A stretch of 64,000 nt of DNA from assembly GCF_009914755.1 (NCBI RefSeq), contig NC_060947.1, one strand, 5' to 3'. Both the position numbers and the translations under genes were made by a program. The DNA is from the human T2T-CHM13v2.0 reference genome, Homo sapiens. Below the pieces are notes generated by a model. It had not been told where the DNA came from, made no database searches, and worked only from the letters and a program-made list of their open reading frames with translations. Positions 30,565-45,628 of the stretch are shown piece by piece. Numbering within the stretch: position 1 is the first letter of the stretch; each line of letters begins with the position of its first letter.

Positions 30565-30642
30565 ACAGGCTGGTGCAAAAGTAATTGAGGTTTTTTTTCA
30601 TTGCCATTGGCAAAAACCGCAATTACTTTTGCACCAACCTAA
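30565..30642. mobile_element. MADE1 (Hsmar1-derived mariner MITE) inserted in an old L1 fragment
   Basis: aggctggtgcaaaagtaattgaggttttt ... ggcaaaaaccgcaattacttttgcaccaacctaa, i.e. paired Hsmar1 TIRs. Confidence 0.92.
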
Positions 30643-30722
30643 TGTCATCACAAGTTGGTTTTGGTTCATATACTTATAAGGTATTGAAAAACATTTGTGA
30701 CTGAATTTAAAACTTTAGTGTG

Positions 30723-31120
<398 letters not shown>

Positions 31121-32056
31121 CTAAGAATCCTCATCTAGCTCTGCTACTAGCTAGCCATGTGACTTTGGCTAGCCCCATCACCTCTCAGGAGCCTTAGTTT
31201 CTTCCTGTTTAAACATGGAATTGGTATATTCTATTAACTACTTTTAAAATTAGAATGCAGGCATTGCATCTGAGGGAAAGACTTGATTCCTAGAGCGTGA
31301 GCAGGATACAGATGAGATTAGATTGACAAAATAACAGAGTGGCTGGAAAAAAAAAAAAAGGAGAAAAGGTCTCGTATACCAGATTTGGATGCTCTAATTG
31401 AAAGCAGAATGGCTTTTAGACTTCAATCCTGATTTATATTACTGAAGTGTTTTTATGAGTTAATGATGAATTACATGTCAACACTGTTTATTCAAAAGAG
31501 AAGTCTTCAAAAGAGCCTATTAATTTGGGGGATTTGGCTTTTGTTGATGTTTTGAACAGAATGTAGATGTTAACACAAATGTTTTCCAATCCTCAGTGTT
31601 ATTGCAATTAAGCTGAAGTCAATTTCAGATGTCTGCTCAAAATAAGAATGTGTGGCTGGTTCATCTGTGATTAGAAATAGCTTGGATAGAATAGAAAGCT
31701 GAGCCAAACACCTGAGCTATGGCCACCTTTCATGTGACTTGTGTGGCTCATGGGTCTGCTGCAGAATGTGAAATCACTTGTCTCTACTGGGAAATAAGCC
31801 ATATAATTTCTCACAATTCACTCTTTTATAGATGACTGGGTATCATTTCACTTTTTAAGACTGTTTAATGTTTGATGATACCAATACTAGGGCCAAAATA
31901 AAAGCAATTTAATGAAAAGTTTAACAATAGCCTCATCTGAAAGATCATCTTTTACTGAATCTCCCTCAACTCCACAATTTCCATTTCTCAGACTACAAGC
32001 AGGATTGCTTGTTCACTTTTGAAATAAGCTATCTAATAAAGCAGAAGAAGGACACT

Positions 32057-32448
32057 GTCTTAGTCCATTGTCTGTTGTTAAAATACCACAGACCAGGTAA
32101 TTAATAAGGAGGAGAAGTCTATTCAGCTCACAGTTCTGGAGGCTGAGGAGCCCCAGAACAGGGCACTGGTATCTGGTGAGGCCTTAATGCGGCATCATCT
32201 CATGAAAGAAGGGCAGAAGGGAGTACATGAGACAGAAAGGGAAAGAGGAGGCAAACTCCTCCCTTTTATCAGGAACCCATTCTTGAGATAACTAACAACC
32301 CACTCCTGCTATAATGGCATTAATCTATTCATGAAGGCAGAGCCCTAATGGCCCAATCACCTCTTAAAGGTCCCCTGTTAATACTGTTACTACAGCAATT
32401 AAATCTCAACATGACTTTTGGAGGGGACAAACATTCAAACCACAGTAA
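32057..32448. mobile_element. MST-type MaLR solo LTR
   Basis: tgtcttagtccatt...gctcacagttctggaggctg...ggggacaaacattcaaaccacag. Confidence 0.8.
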
Positions 32449-32502
32449 ACATACAGCATTTGATGCCTAATCATTCTGCATTGTTAGGTTCCTTTCATTA
32501 TT

Positions 32503-32571
32503 AACATATTTATTGATATTAGCTCATTTTAAAAAGGCTTTCAAAAATGAGCTAATGTCAATAAATACGTT
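32503..32571. repeat. 69-bp near-perfect palindrome
   Basis: 30 of 34 positions are complementary about centre 32537. Confidence 0.93.
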
Positions 32572-33147
32572 TTTGGATGGGACTGAATTTACTTAAAGGA
32601 ACAAATGTAACATATTTGTTCCTGGTACAAATATATCATTCCTCTGAACTTTCACAGTGACTCTATAAGACTATTACTCCCCACTTTTTAGATCGTGATT
32701 TTTTCTTCTCTCATCCTAGTAGATATATCTTTAGAAAACAAAGTGTTTTCCAATGATAAACAATCCAATCCTTTCTCTAAATTGTAATAACTATAAAACC
32801 TCACACAAAAGACTTTTCACCATCTGCAACAGTCAAAAGTTATTTATCCAGGTCTAACAATATACTAGGCATCATAGTGAAGAAAAAGTAGAAAATAAAG
32901 AAAAGAAGAAACAAAGGGAGAAAGAAAGAAGGAAGGGAGGAAGAAAACCACCTGACTACCATGAAAAGGATAATGTAATGTTAAAAAAAAAAAGGTCACA
33001 ATATTCCAATTCTGGGTAAGATGCAGTAATCGTACTTCACCCTGTCTTTCCTACTGAATGCAGCTGAAAAACCTGAACAAAGTGCATCTGAACAGCTCTT
33101 TGGTGATTCTGAAAAAGTAAACATTAGCAGGCAGACTAAGAATTTGG

Positions 33148-33484
<337 letters not shown>

Positions 33485-33949
33485 CTAAAATCAGCCCAAA
33501 CACAGAAGTAGACACTGGGTACAGAGAGAGTTCCAGGAGAAGCCCTCTATCTCTGACTCTAAGAGTGGAAAAGAAGAACTGTAATGCTTCAGAGAGAATG
33601 AAGAAAATTCCCTGGTTTTCTTTTATGTTCATTTTCTCCATTATTTCATGACCCAGCCCCCATATAACCCTGTGGTGACAGTGGGCAGGAGTGACAGCAG
33701 TGGCGACTACAGCAATTGTATAGCAAACTCTAGATACCTAAAACTCTGGGAATGGAGATTTTTTTCTCTGTAGAGAAGATGTGGTCTTAAGAGGGTAGGA
33801 AGACTCCTTGTGACTTTTTGTCTTTCTTGGTCTTCCCCTTGCTCAATAAACTTTTTTTTTCAATCTTCTTTTTAATCTTGGTTTTTTCAGGGAGCTGTGG
33901 GACAATATCCATATGTTTAACATTTCAGTCAATAGAGTTCAAAAAGGAG

Positions 33950-36070
<2,121 letters not shown>

Positions 36071-36929
36071 AGTTTATTACATGGCAAGTACACCTCAAGT
36101 AAAAAGTCGTTTTTAAAAACCCTGTGTGTTCTTCTCACAATTTTTTTTATTCCAGAAATTTCAGGAATGTTCAATGCATGAAGAGGGGCCTTTGGGATTC
36201 ACAAAAGTGGGAAATTATTTGGCGTTCATCCAAGCTTTTTTTTCCCCTAAATTTAGAAACTAGATGAAAACTGTTCTGTTACTTCTCATGTAATCAGTAT
36301 CCTTATTAAGCACTCAGCATTGAATTTAACATTAGGTCTTGAGAAGAATAATATATGATAATATGAAGTAATACATTTCAAACTTTACCATTGCTTACAA
36401 ATGAATTCAAAGAAAAACATCAAAGTCAAAGTACATTTCTTACATATCAATAGTACCAAAGAAGACTAAAAGCCCTCTGTTACAGGCTCAAATGATGCAA
36501 GTTCCTTGAAATGAAAGGACATCAGGACACTTGAGGGCAGAACAAGTAGGCAGTGGGAGATTTTTTTAGGGAGGCCTAAAAACCAGCCTGGTTTGGAAAA
36601 GCATGGTAGGAGACACCCACGTCCACTTGAGCTTACAGTAAATGATCTGCCTCAAATTGCCAGTGGCCAGTGGTTACTTAACGGCCATGGCTAGCAATTT
36701 GCGGGTGTCTGTCACATAAAGTCCAGTGAGAGAGACAGAGAAAATGGCTAGTCAGCCCTCTACAAGGAGCAGAAATGTGTGCAAGTTGTTTTGTGGGAGG
36801 TATAACCATACCTTACATTTGCACTGTATATTACAAATCACTTCCCTAAAAGAGCAGGTGGCTTTGTTCACAGTTGGCAGACGAAAGCAGAAGTTGCCTG
36901 AGTTTAATCCAGTTAGCAGGTGGATAATA

Positions 36930-37260
36930 ATATTGAACATCTTTGGTTTAAGTATCTGTTCAAATATTTTGTCTGCTTTAAAAATTAGGTGGCTTTTTTT
37001 CTTGTTATTGAGTTTAGAGAGTTCTTTATATATTTCTTTTTACTCTCTTAGTGGGGTCTTTGGAAGAGAAGTTTTTAATTTGAATAAAGTAAAATTTATC
37101 AATTATACCTTTTATAGACCATGCTTTTGGTGTCATATTCAAGAAATCTCTGCCTAACTCAAGTTCACAAAGATTTTCTCCCATGTTGTCATCAAGAAGT
37201 TTCATATTTATAGGCTTTATATTTAGGTCTATGATCTATTTTGAGTTCATTTTTGTTTAA
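36930..37260 (-). mobile_element. L1 fragment (antisense)
   Basis: ttgttattgagttt..gagttctttatat and tttaggtctatgatctattttgagtt L1 ORF2 antisense motifs. Confidence 0.75.
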
Positions 37261-37499
37261 TAAAGTCTTTGTCTTTGATAGTATCAATAACCATTGGAAA
37301 ATGAGCCTTTGATATTCCCAGGGATGCTGATTTACTCACTTCTATGAACTTTCAATGAATCTGCATATGCCACATTCTGTAGCTAAACAGCCTAATACAC
37401 TTGGCTAGCAACCTGAGGTCCAGCATCTAATCAGAAGGCACCCAGCAAACATCCTGGAAAATTAAACTCCCATCTCCAATATGCCGTCCCAAACCAGCT

Positions 37500-38056
37500 C
37501 TGTAGTGGATTGCCTGCACAGTGGCCACCGACAATTCCTCCCACCCTGCACATGCATATAAGAGGTAGACTCCATCCACTACCACCACCATCCCAAATAT
37601 GGGCCTGCCTTGTGATTTTCTTTGACTAATAGAATGTAACAGAAGTGATGCTGTGACAATTCTGGATCTATGCCTTAAGTGTCCTGGTAGCTTTGGCTTT
37701 TGTCCACTGGGAGGCCAGCTGCATGTAATGCCAGCTTCCTGCTGGAGAGTAAGGCAACACGGGGAGATGGAAAAGAGCTAAACTATGCAGACTGCAGAGA
37801 GGCAGAGAGAGGGACCAGCCATCCCAGCGATTTCAGTCATCCCAGATGAAGTGTCAGACACAGACACATGAGTGGAACCATCCCGGATCCTCTAGACCCA
37901 GATGAGTCACCCCAGACAACACCATGTGAACCAGAGATGAGCCGTCCCCCAAAGTCCTGCCCAAACTGCGGGATCATGAGTAAATACATAGTTGTCACTT
38001 ATTTAAACCACTAAGTTTTGGAGTGGTTTCTTATGCATCAAAAGATAAGTGAAACA
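37500..38056 (+). mobile_element. MLT1 (H/F-like) solo LTR
   Basis: tgtagtggattg start; ccactaagttttggagtggtt...gataagtgaaaca end. Confidence 0.75.
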
Positions 38057-39764
38057 ACCTCCAAGTGTCCATCACAGAAGCCTTCTTTACAGTTCATTCA
38101 GTGACCTAGAGAGTTCTATTCAGCAGGAGTCAATTCAGCAGTACAAAGAACTCTGGACCAGAAACCAAAATCCTGGGTTAAGTTCCAGCTTAGCCATTGT
38201 CTGAGTTCCCCCAAAAGCACACTCTAAGACAAAGTACAAGTAGTTCATTTGGGAAGCAATCCCAGGAAGCATAGCGATGGACTAGAGCAGAGAGACAGCG
38301 AAGAGAAGAAAGACAATAAGGGTACTGCTCACTGGGCAACTGCTGTGAGTCACTGTTGTGGGCAATTGGGGCTCCATCCTGCTGGGGACTCTTCCTCCCT
38401 CTCTGGCATCCAAATACTACCGTTACATAACTTCTTTCCCCATTGAGGCTACACTTAAATGTTCATTTTAACTTTATTTCATCCAGAAATAAATGGCAGT
38501 AGAATGGCTGGCTGGTGAGAGAATGATCCCTGCCAGACATGAGCTCTCAGAGACAGCCTTGCTTCCACAGCTGTTTCATCAGAGGCAATATTAGACAATA
38601 TTCCATCCTCTTATTCAAACTCTTCTATGCAGACCCCAAAAGGAAGACCCTAGGCAGAGTCCATGGCACCCATAATCCCCAGGCCCTCTGTCTTTCATTA
38701 GCAAAGACAATTAAAACAGCATGTGGCTTGTGAAATATCAATTGTGGTCCTACTTTACAGAGCCAACAAAAATAAACTTAAAAGAAAAGCTTTATAAATG
38801 AAGGCATTACTCTGGTCCAAGGGGAAAATAATATTTTTCCAATTTAGTCTCCTTCTATTGTTTAATACTACGAAGGGCCAAAGTGTGTCCCTGCCCATTG
38901 CCCAGAGATGGGAGAGAGGAGAAACAGAAAAAAGACAAACACCTAAATCTGAGGAGGTCAGCCCAAAGCAGGGGACCTCAATAAATGCCAAGTCCTGTTC
39001 TCACCAAGGGGCATTCACAAAGCTCTGTAGCCTGACTGTCCCCAGTCAACACAGACAGACAAAAAGAGGGCTAGCCTTTAAAGTAAAACCAGACAGTGGA
39101 ACAAAAGCAATTTGTGATGTGGCATGTGGTCCTTCAAATGCTTAACTCTCCTCTATAGAGGTCAAATGGGACACAGAGAAAATCTAAGAAAGGAAAGGAG
39201 GATGCAGTAAGACTTTCAGCAGAAGACTCCAGACCAAGACACTGGCGGAGGCCACATGGCCTCAGAGAGCTATGAGCATGGGAGGGATACACTGAGCTGG
39301 AGAAGAGCTCTCTCTTGCATCAAGTTCACATTTGAGGGTTATCAAATTGCCTCTGTTCCCTGGCAAAGGAGATGATTCCACTCCTTTACAATTTGGTTCA
39401 GAAGGCAAAAACAAATCAAGAACCCATCCATCCACATCAGCTCTTGAGGCTTCAACTCCATTTAAACAAAGACAGAGTAAAGATCCAGGCAAGACTATTT
39501 CAAAGGCCTACCCCATGTTCTGAACACCTGCCCAATAGAACAGTCTGCAAACTTTTAAAACAGTGTTTTTCAATGTGGGCGCTATGGGCATTCTAAGGGA
39601 GCCAATTCTTTATTGTGTAGGCCTGGCCTTCTCTATCATTATGACAACCCAAATCACTACCATATATTTCCAAAGTTCCCATAGGCAATGGCATGGAAAT
39701 TTAACAAAGACATCTTAAATCCATTTATGCCCCGCCCACACATACATTTGTGGGTATTTTTTTC

Positions 39765-40100
39765 TTTATAATTGAGGTAAACATATATAGTAAAGTGCAC
39801 AAATCTTAAGTGTATACAGCTCAATACATTCTATGTATGTGCATACCCATGAGACCTCCCAACCCAGATCAAGATACAGAATACTGCTGGCACCCTTGAA
39901 GACCCCCTTGTGGCCCCTCCCAGTGGCTACCCCATAAAGACAACTGCTATTCTGACTTGTAACACCATGGACTAGTTTTGCACATTGTTGTTGAACTTTG
40001 TAGAAATGGAATTGCCATATGTACTCTTTTGTGTCTGGTTTATTTCACTGAACATTATGTATGAGATTCATCCCTGTTGTTACATGTAGCAATACATTCC
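39765..40100 (-). mobile_element. L1ME-like 3' fragment
   Basis: taattgaggtaaa..aagtgcacaaatcttaagtgta...gagattcatccctgttgtt. Confidence 0.75.
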
Positions 40101-40289
40101 TTTTTTACCTTTTTTGTTTAAGAATCGTAAGCACAGAAAAGTGTCCAGAAGTTTATATCAAACTACTGAGTGGCAATTTCAGAAAAAGAGAATGGAATCA
40201 AGAGGAAAATGAAGGGTGGGCCTGCTTTCAACTTTTTATGCCTCTATTTGAATATTTTCATAATGAGCATGTTTTACTTTTATAATTTT

Positions 40290-40584
40290 ATTTTAAAGAA
40301 AGGGACTCACTCTATCACCCAGTCTGCAGTGCAGTGCATGATCATGGCTCACTGCAGCCTTGACCACCTGGGTTCAAGCGATCCTCCCACCTCAGCCCCT
40401 GAGTAGCCGGGACTACAGGTGAGTGCCAGCACACCTGACTAATTTCTTTTTTTTTTTTTTTTTTTTTAGAGATAGGGTCCCAAGATGTTGCCCAGGCTGG
40501 TCTCAAACTCCTGGGCTCAAGAGATTCTCTCGCCTAGGCCTCTCAAAGTGCTGGGATTACAGGTGTGAGCCACTGTGCTCAGCC
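40290..40584 (-). mobile_element. AluJ
   Basis: gatcatggctcactgcagccttgacc and ctcctgggctcaag J diagnostics. Confidence 0.88.
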
Positions 40585-41692
40585 TATATATATATATATT
40601 TTTTTTTTGCAAAAAATTTTGGAAAAAAAGTGGTCAGCCTACAATTTTTGAAAGCCTTGTTAAAGTACATTCATCAGAGGATACTTTCAGCTCATCTGCA
40701 ATATCAGATGGGCCATTTTATAGATATGTGTAGCATTCAGACCACCAAGCCAAGAAAAGTAAACGATAATATCTATTTTCTGCCCACCAAAAACATAGAA
40801 ATGGAAGTTGTCAGTTGTCTCATCTATTTTCACTGAAAATCAAGGTCTGCATGGCTTTCTCAACCCTCATTCCTCTCCTCAGCGGCCAGCCCATGGAGGA
40901 AGTAGAATAACTTAGTGCTTCCTCCCAACTCACCCTCAAGCCTCACTATCACTGAGAATTTCAAACTAAGTGACAACACAGCAGTTACATATCCTCACAG
41001 AGTAAACACTAAAAAGTGTTCACACACAGACCCATGGCTGTGACACCACTAGCCATGGAAGGCAAAGGAAGAAGGTCTGGAATGGGAGGGAGTGAGCTGA
41101 GCTTTGAGAAGGAAGACACAGCCTCCTCATGCTGAGAGCCATAGCTTCCCTCCTATCTGAATGTGTCCTGAGGCTTCCCATGGAGAAAAGGGTCACTCAC
41201 TCAAATGAAAGCCATTTGGACTTGGCTGGCCTGAAAAGATGAGTTTGGAATTTGGATGAGGAAATTTTACAGAAGAAAGTATTCTGAAAGGAAGTAACGT
41301 GAAGAGGAGAGAGAAACACCCCAAGGGCTGTTCCCCAGCTTTCTTTACATTTGAATACACAAAAACACATTTTAAAGAACACATGTTGGCAACACCCAAA
41401 AGTTGGTGGCTTTCGTCTCAAAAAAACTTCCTTTAACCAAGACACAATTGCTAGAGAGACAGATGTGGGACAGATGATGCTACCCAAAGGTTGGGGTTTT
41501 TTTTCTTCCCCACTTCCACCTCCCCAAGCCTGCAGTGGTCACTGCCACCAGTAAATGCTTCAGGAAAAATTCAATGTCATGTTCCCAAATGTCCTGTCCT
41601 GAAACCAAAAACACAGTGTTCACTGAAATCAACAAATGTGAAACACTAGGCTAGTGAGATGTTCGGAGAAAACCATTTGGAAACGTCCACAC

Positions 41693-41893
41693 CAGTGGTT
41701 CTCACACTTGAGTGTACATAAGAATCATTTGGAGGATCTGCTAAAATACAGATGGCTAGGCCCACTTCCCACATACCCAGCTTGTGATTCAGTAGCTCTG
41801 GGGTGTGGTCTGAGAATGTATATATCTACTAGGTTCCCAGGAGATGCTGCTGCTGTTGCTGCTGGTCTACAGACCCCACTTTGAGATTCTGTG
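41693..41893. mobile_element. MER5A
   Basis: cagtggttctca..cttgag...gattcagtag.tctggggtg..g...cactttgag. Confidence 0.8.
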
Positions 41894-42578
41894 GTCCTCA
41901 CTATTCCTCCTTGTCCTCTCTCAGAGAGTAACAAGGTATACTGGCATATCAATGACCCTGAGCAGTCCTGCAATAAAGAAACCTATTTAACCCAGCCTTT
42001 TGCAACTAAATTACAGTGCATCCTGCTTCCCATATACCATTTCTGAATGTCTCTGGGAAGCAGTGCTTCATGGAAGGAAGTAGGAGACGGTGGAGAGCTA
42101 TGGGCCATACTACATACCAAGATCCTGGCAGGGCAGCACATCTGGAGACTGCTGTCTAGAAATCCAGGAAGCATTAAGAAATATGTCAGCAGGTAGCAAA
42201 AGCCAGTCCACCTCCAGCCTCAGATTAGGACACTGGATCCTAGCCAAGAATTGGCAAGAATAAAACAGCAACCTAGTTTTTAGAGCATCTAAGATATCAG
42301 GAGGCTACCAAGCCTCAAACCTTGAGAATGAGACACCCAGTTATGTGTCAGATAAATTAACCGTATACAAGGCTAGTTATAGCATGCTGGCCTGGACCTC
42401 CAAGATGAGTCCTGAGCTGAGCCTCGTGGTGGGGAAGAAGTAGCCCCAAACACCCAGGAATCTTGTTAAAAGGTAGGTGCTTATTTCATATCTGTGATGG
42501 TGTTCAAGATTCTACATTTCTATAAAGCTCCCAGGTGAGGCTGGTTATCAAACCACACTTTGAGTAAGGCCTTGGATT

Positions 42579-42896
42579 AGGGGTTCGGCAAACATTTTCT
42601 GTAAAGGAAAATATTTCAGCTTTGCAGGCCATATGGACTCTGTCACAACTATTCAACTGCCATCGTATCACCAAGTAGCCATAGACAAATACCCAAAGGA
42701 ATGAACATGGCTGTGTTCCAATAACATCAAAATTTGAATTTTATATCATTTTCATTTGTCACAAAACATTATTATTCTTTTGATTTTTTTTCAATCAGTT
42801 TAAAATGTTAAAACCATTCTTAGCTCAACTAATCATATAAAAACTGGCAGTGAGCCATCTTTGGCCTGCCTGGACTTTGTTTGCAGACCTTCACCC
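42579..42896 (+). mobile_element. MER58B-like (hAT-Charlie)
   Basis: ggggttcggcaaacattttctgtaaagg...catggctgtgttccaataa...gtttgcagacct. Confidence 0.8.
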
Positions 42897-43017
42897 TAGA
42901 TTACTGGTCCCTAACCTAGATCTACCAAATCAAAATACACAGAGGCGGAGCCAGGGAAACCATATTTCATCAGACTCCCCAGGTGATCCTTACTCAGCCT
43001 GTACAAATACCATTGCT

Positions 43018-43329
<312 letters not shown>

Positions 43330-44667
43330 TACCATTGCTGGGTTGGAAACTACTACTTACCCAACTCCCTGAAAAGGTGAGAGACCCTCTTTAAGTGCTG
43401 TTAACAGTTCAGTCTTCCTGACATCCCCAATTCATGGAGCTTGAGGGGCTTAATGTGAGGGGCTGTGTGTTTTCCTGACTAACCCACTGGTCTCACTCTC
43501 ACTCATCTCCCAAGGTGCTGCCTCCCCGCTAACCCCAGTGTCATTGATTTCTGGTATGAAGATAAGAAGTCCCTGTGTCTTTAAGAGCTGATCAGTTCCA
43601 GGAATTCTCAGCCCCAGGAGTCTTGCCGGAGTGGCAGGAGCGGCCCTGATCACACTAGCCTGGTTTTCTTGACAGCTAAAGTTATTCATCAGGTATTAAT
43701 ACATCTTAGCTGCAGGAAAAAGCCATGCAAGGCCCCTGTTACCAATCAGCCTGAAGATGTGCTTTGCTGCTGCTCAAGGCTAAGCCAGGCAGGGGCTGTA
43801 TTCCTGGCAGAAAGGCTTAAAAGGAGATGAAGCCAAGGGAGGTTGCATTTGTTTTTGAGTTAGAGAAGGGAGGAAAAACCTAACCTACAGGCTGTACATG
43901 CTTATCTCAGGAATGCTGGGGACTTAGGAAAGGAAGGTCAGAGGATTCAGTGATGAAGGCAAAGCCAACAGGAAAAGGGAGAGGAGGGGAAGTGAACCAT
44001 TGTGTGTCAGTTATAAACAGGCAAGCCACTCTGTCTTGGCCAAGGGCTGAACTCATTCATCAGACCAGTACTTCCTAAATTTCATCATGTAGAAGAATCA
44101 TTGGAAGGATCTTGTTAAAATGAAGATGCTGATTCAGTAGGTCTTGGGTTTGGGCCTGAGCTTCTGCAATTTTAACGTGCTCCCAGGTGACCCAAGAGTT
44201 CACCACAGATGCTGCTGGCATGCAAGCACAGCTTTCTGTTTTGTTATTTTACAGAGTCACAAGCTCTAAAAGAATATGGGGTCCATAGCTTGTCCACTTG
44301 GAGTTAAGCTACTGACATCCAGGACTACATAGATATAGTTCAGGGAGTTCCCTGCACTACAGCACCCACCGTCACACCCTCAAAAAGAGCAAGTGGGGTC
44401 TCAAATCAAGCCTGTCCTCCACTCTCCAAGTCTTGAATCCTTGGACTCAAGGCCTCAAGTCCTTGAGTCTTGGGCCTGCCTCTATCCTTTTCTTGCCCAA
44501 AGTCTGTCTCCTGACCAAGCCCTGTGTCCACAGATCTACATGTGGCCAGATGGGGGCCTCTTTTTCTAATTCACCCAAAGGTGCTTTATGCACCAGTGGT
44601 GGCCCTGCAGCCAGCATTGAGAGGTGGCCAGGCACCATTGGCTGACTCTGGCTAGTATCCTGCCACA

Positions 44668-44980
44668 GTTGAACCTTGAAAGCACTATACTAAGTGAAAG
44701 AAGCCAAACACAAAATGATAAATACTGTGTAATTCCATTTTTATGGAAGGTCAATTGTAGGCAAATCTATAGAGGCAGAAAATAGATTAGTGGTTGCCTA
44801 GGGATGGGGGATTAAGAAATGATGGCTAAGGTTTGGAGTTTATTTGGGGGGCAATGAAAACATTCTAAAATTGGTTGTGGTGATGAATGCACAACTCTGT
44901 GAATATTCTAAGACCATTGAATTGTACAGTTTAAATGAATGAGGTATGGTACATGAATTGTATCTCAATAAAACTGTTAT
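44668..44980 (+). mobile_element. L1M 3' end
   Basis: ctaagtgaaagaagcca...gattagtggttgcctaggg...tatctcaataaaactgtt. Confidence 0.8.
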
Positions 44981-45212
44981 GAATTTAATCACAAATCAGT
45001 TGGGGAGCTCAAAGCAAATGGTATAGAGAGGAAGCATTTGGGACTCTGACAACCTCAAAAGAGGGCAAGGACTGACACTGAGGCAGCAACTTCTCAGAAC
45101 TCTTGAAAAACATCCAAACAGCTCTAGATATGAGATGCTGAGAGTACAGCCAAGTGTCAATATAAAGAATAGCCCTGAGATACACCCTGGACAGGGGCTC
45201 AGTGAACAATGC

Positions 45213-45628
45213 TGTATTCGTCCATTTTTGCACTGCTATGAAGAAATACTTGAGACTGGGTAATTTATAAAGAAAAGAGGTTTAACTGGATCACGGTTCT
45301 GCAGGTTGTACAGGAAGTATAGTAGCTTCTACCTCTGAGGAGGCCTCAGGAAACTTGCAATCAAGGCAGAAGGCGAAGGAGAAGCAGGCATGTCTTACAT
45401 GGCCAGAGCAGGAGCGAGAGAGAGGAAGGAGGTGCTACACACTTTGAAAACAACCAGGTATTATGGTAACTTACTATTGCAAAAATAACACCAAAGGGGA
45501 TGGTGCTAAACCATTCATGAGAAATCCGCCCCCCATGATCCAATCACCTCCAGCCAGGCCCACCTCCAGCACTGAAGATTACATTTCAACATGAGATTTG
45601 GGTGGGGACACAGATCCAAACCATATCA
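45213..45628. mobile_element. MSTA-like MaLR solo LTR
   Basis: TG...CA termini; perfect 5-bp TSD aatgc at 45208-45212 and 45629-45633. Confidence 0.92.

Noticed and set aside
36726-37157. 143-aa plus-strand ORF
   Set aside because: Non-ATG start; the second half is antisense L1
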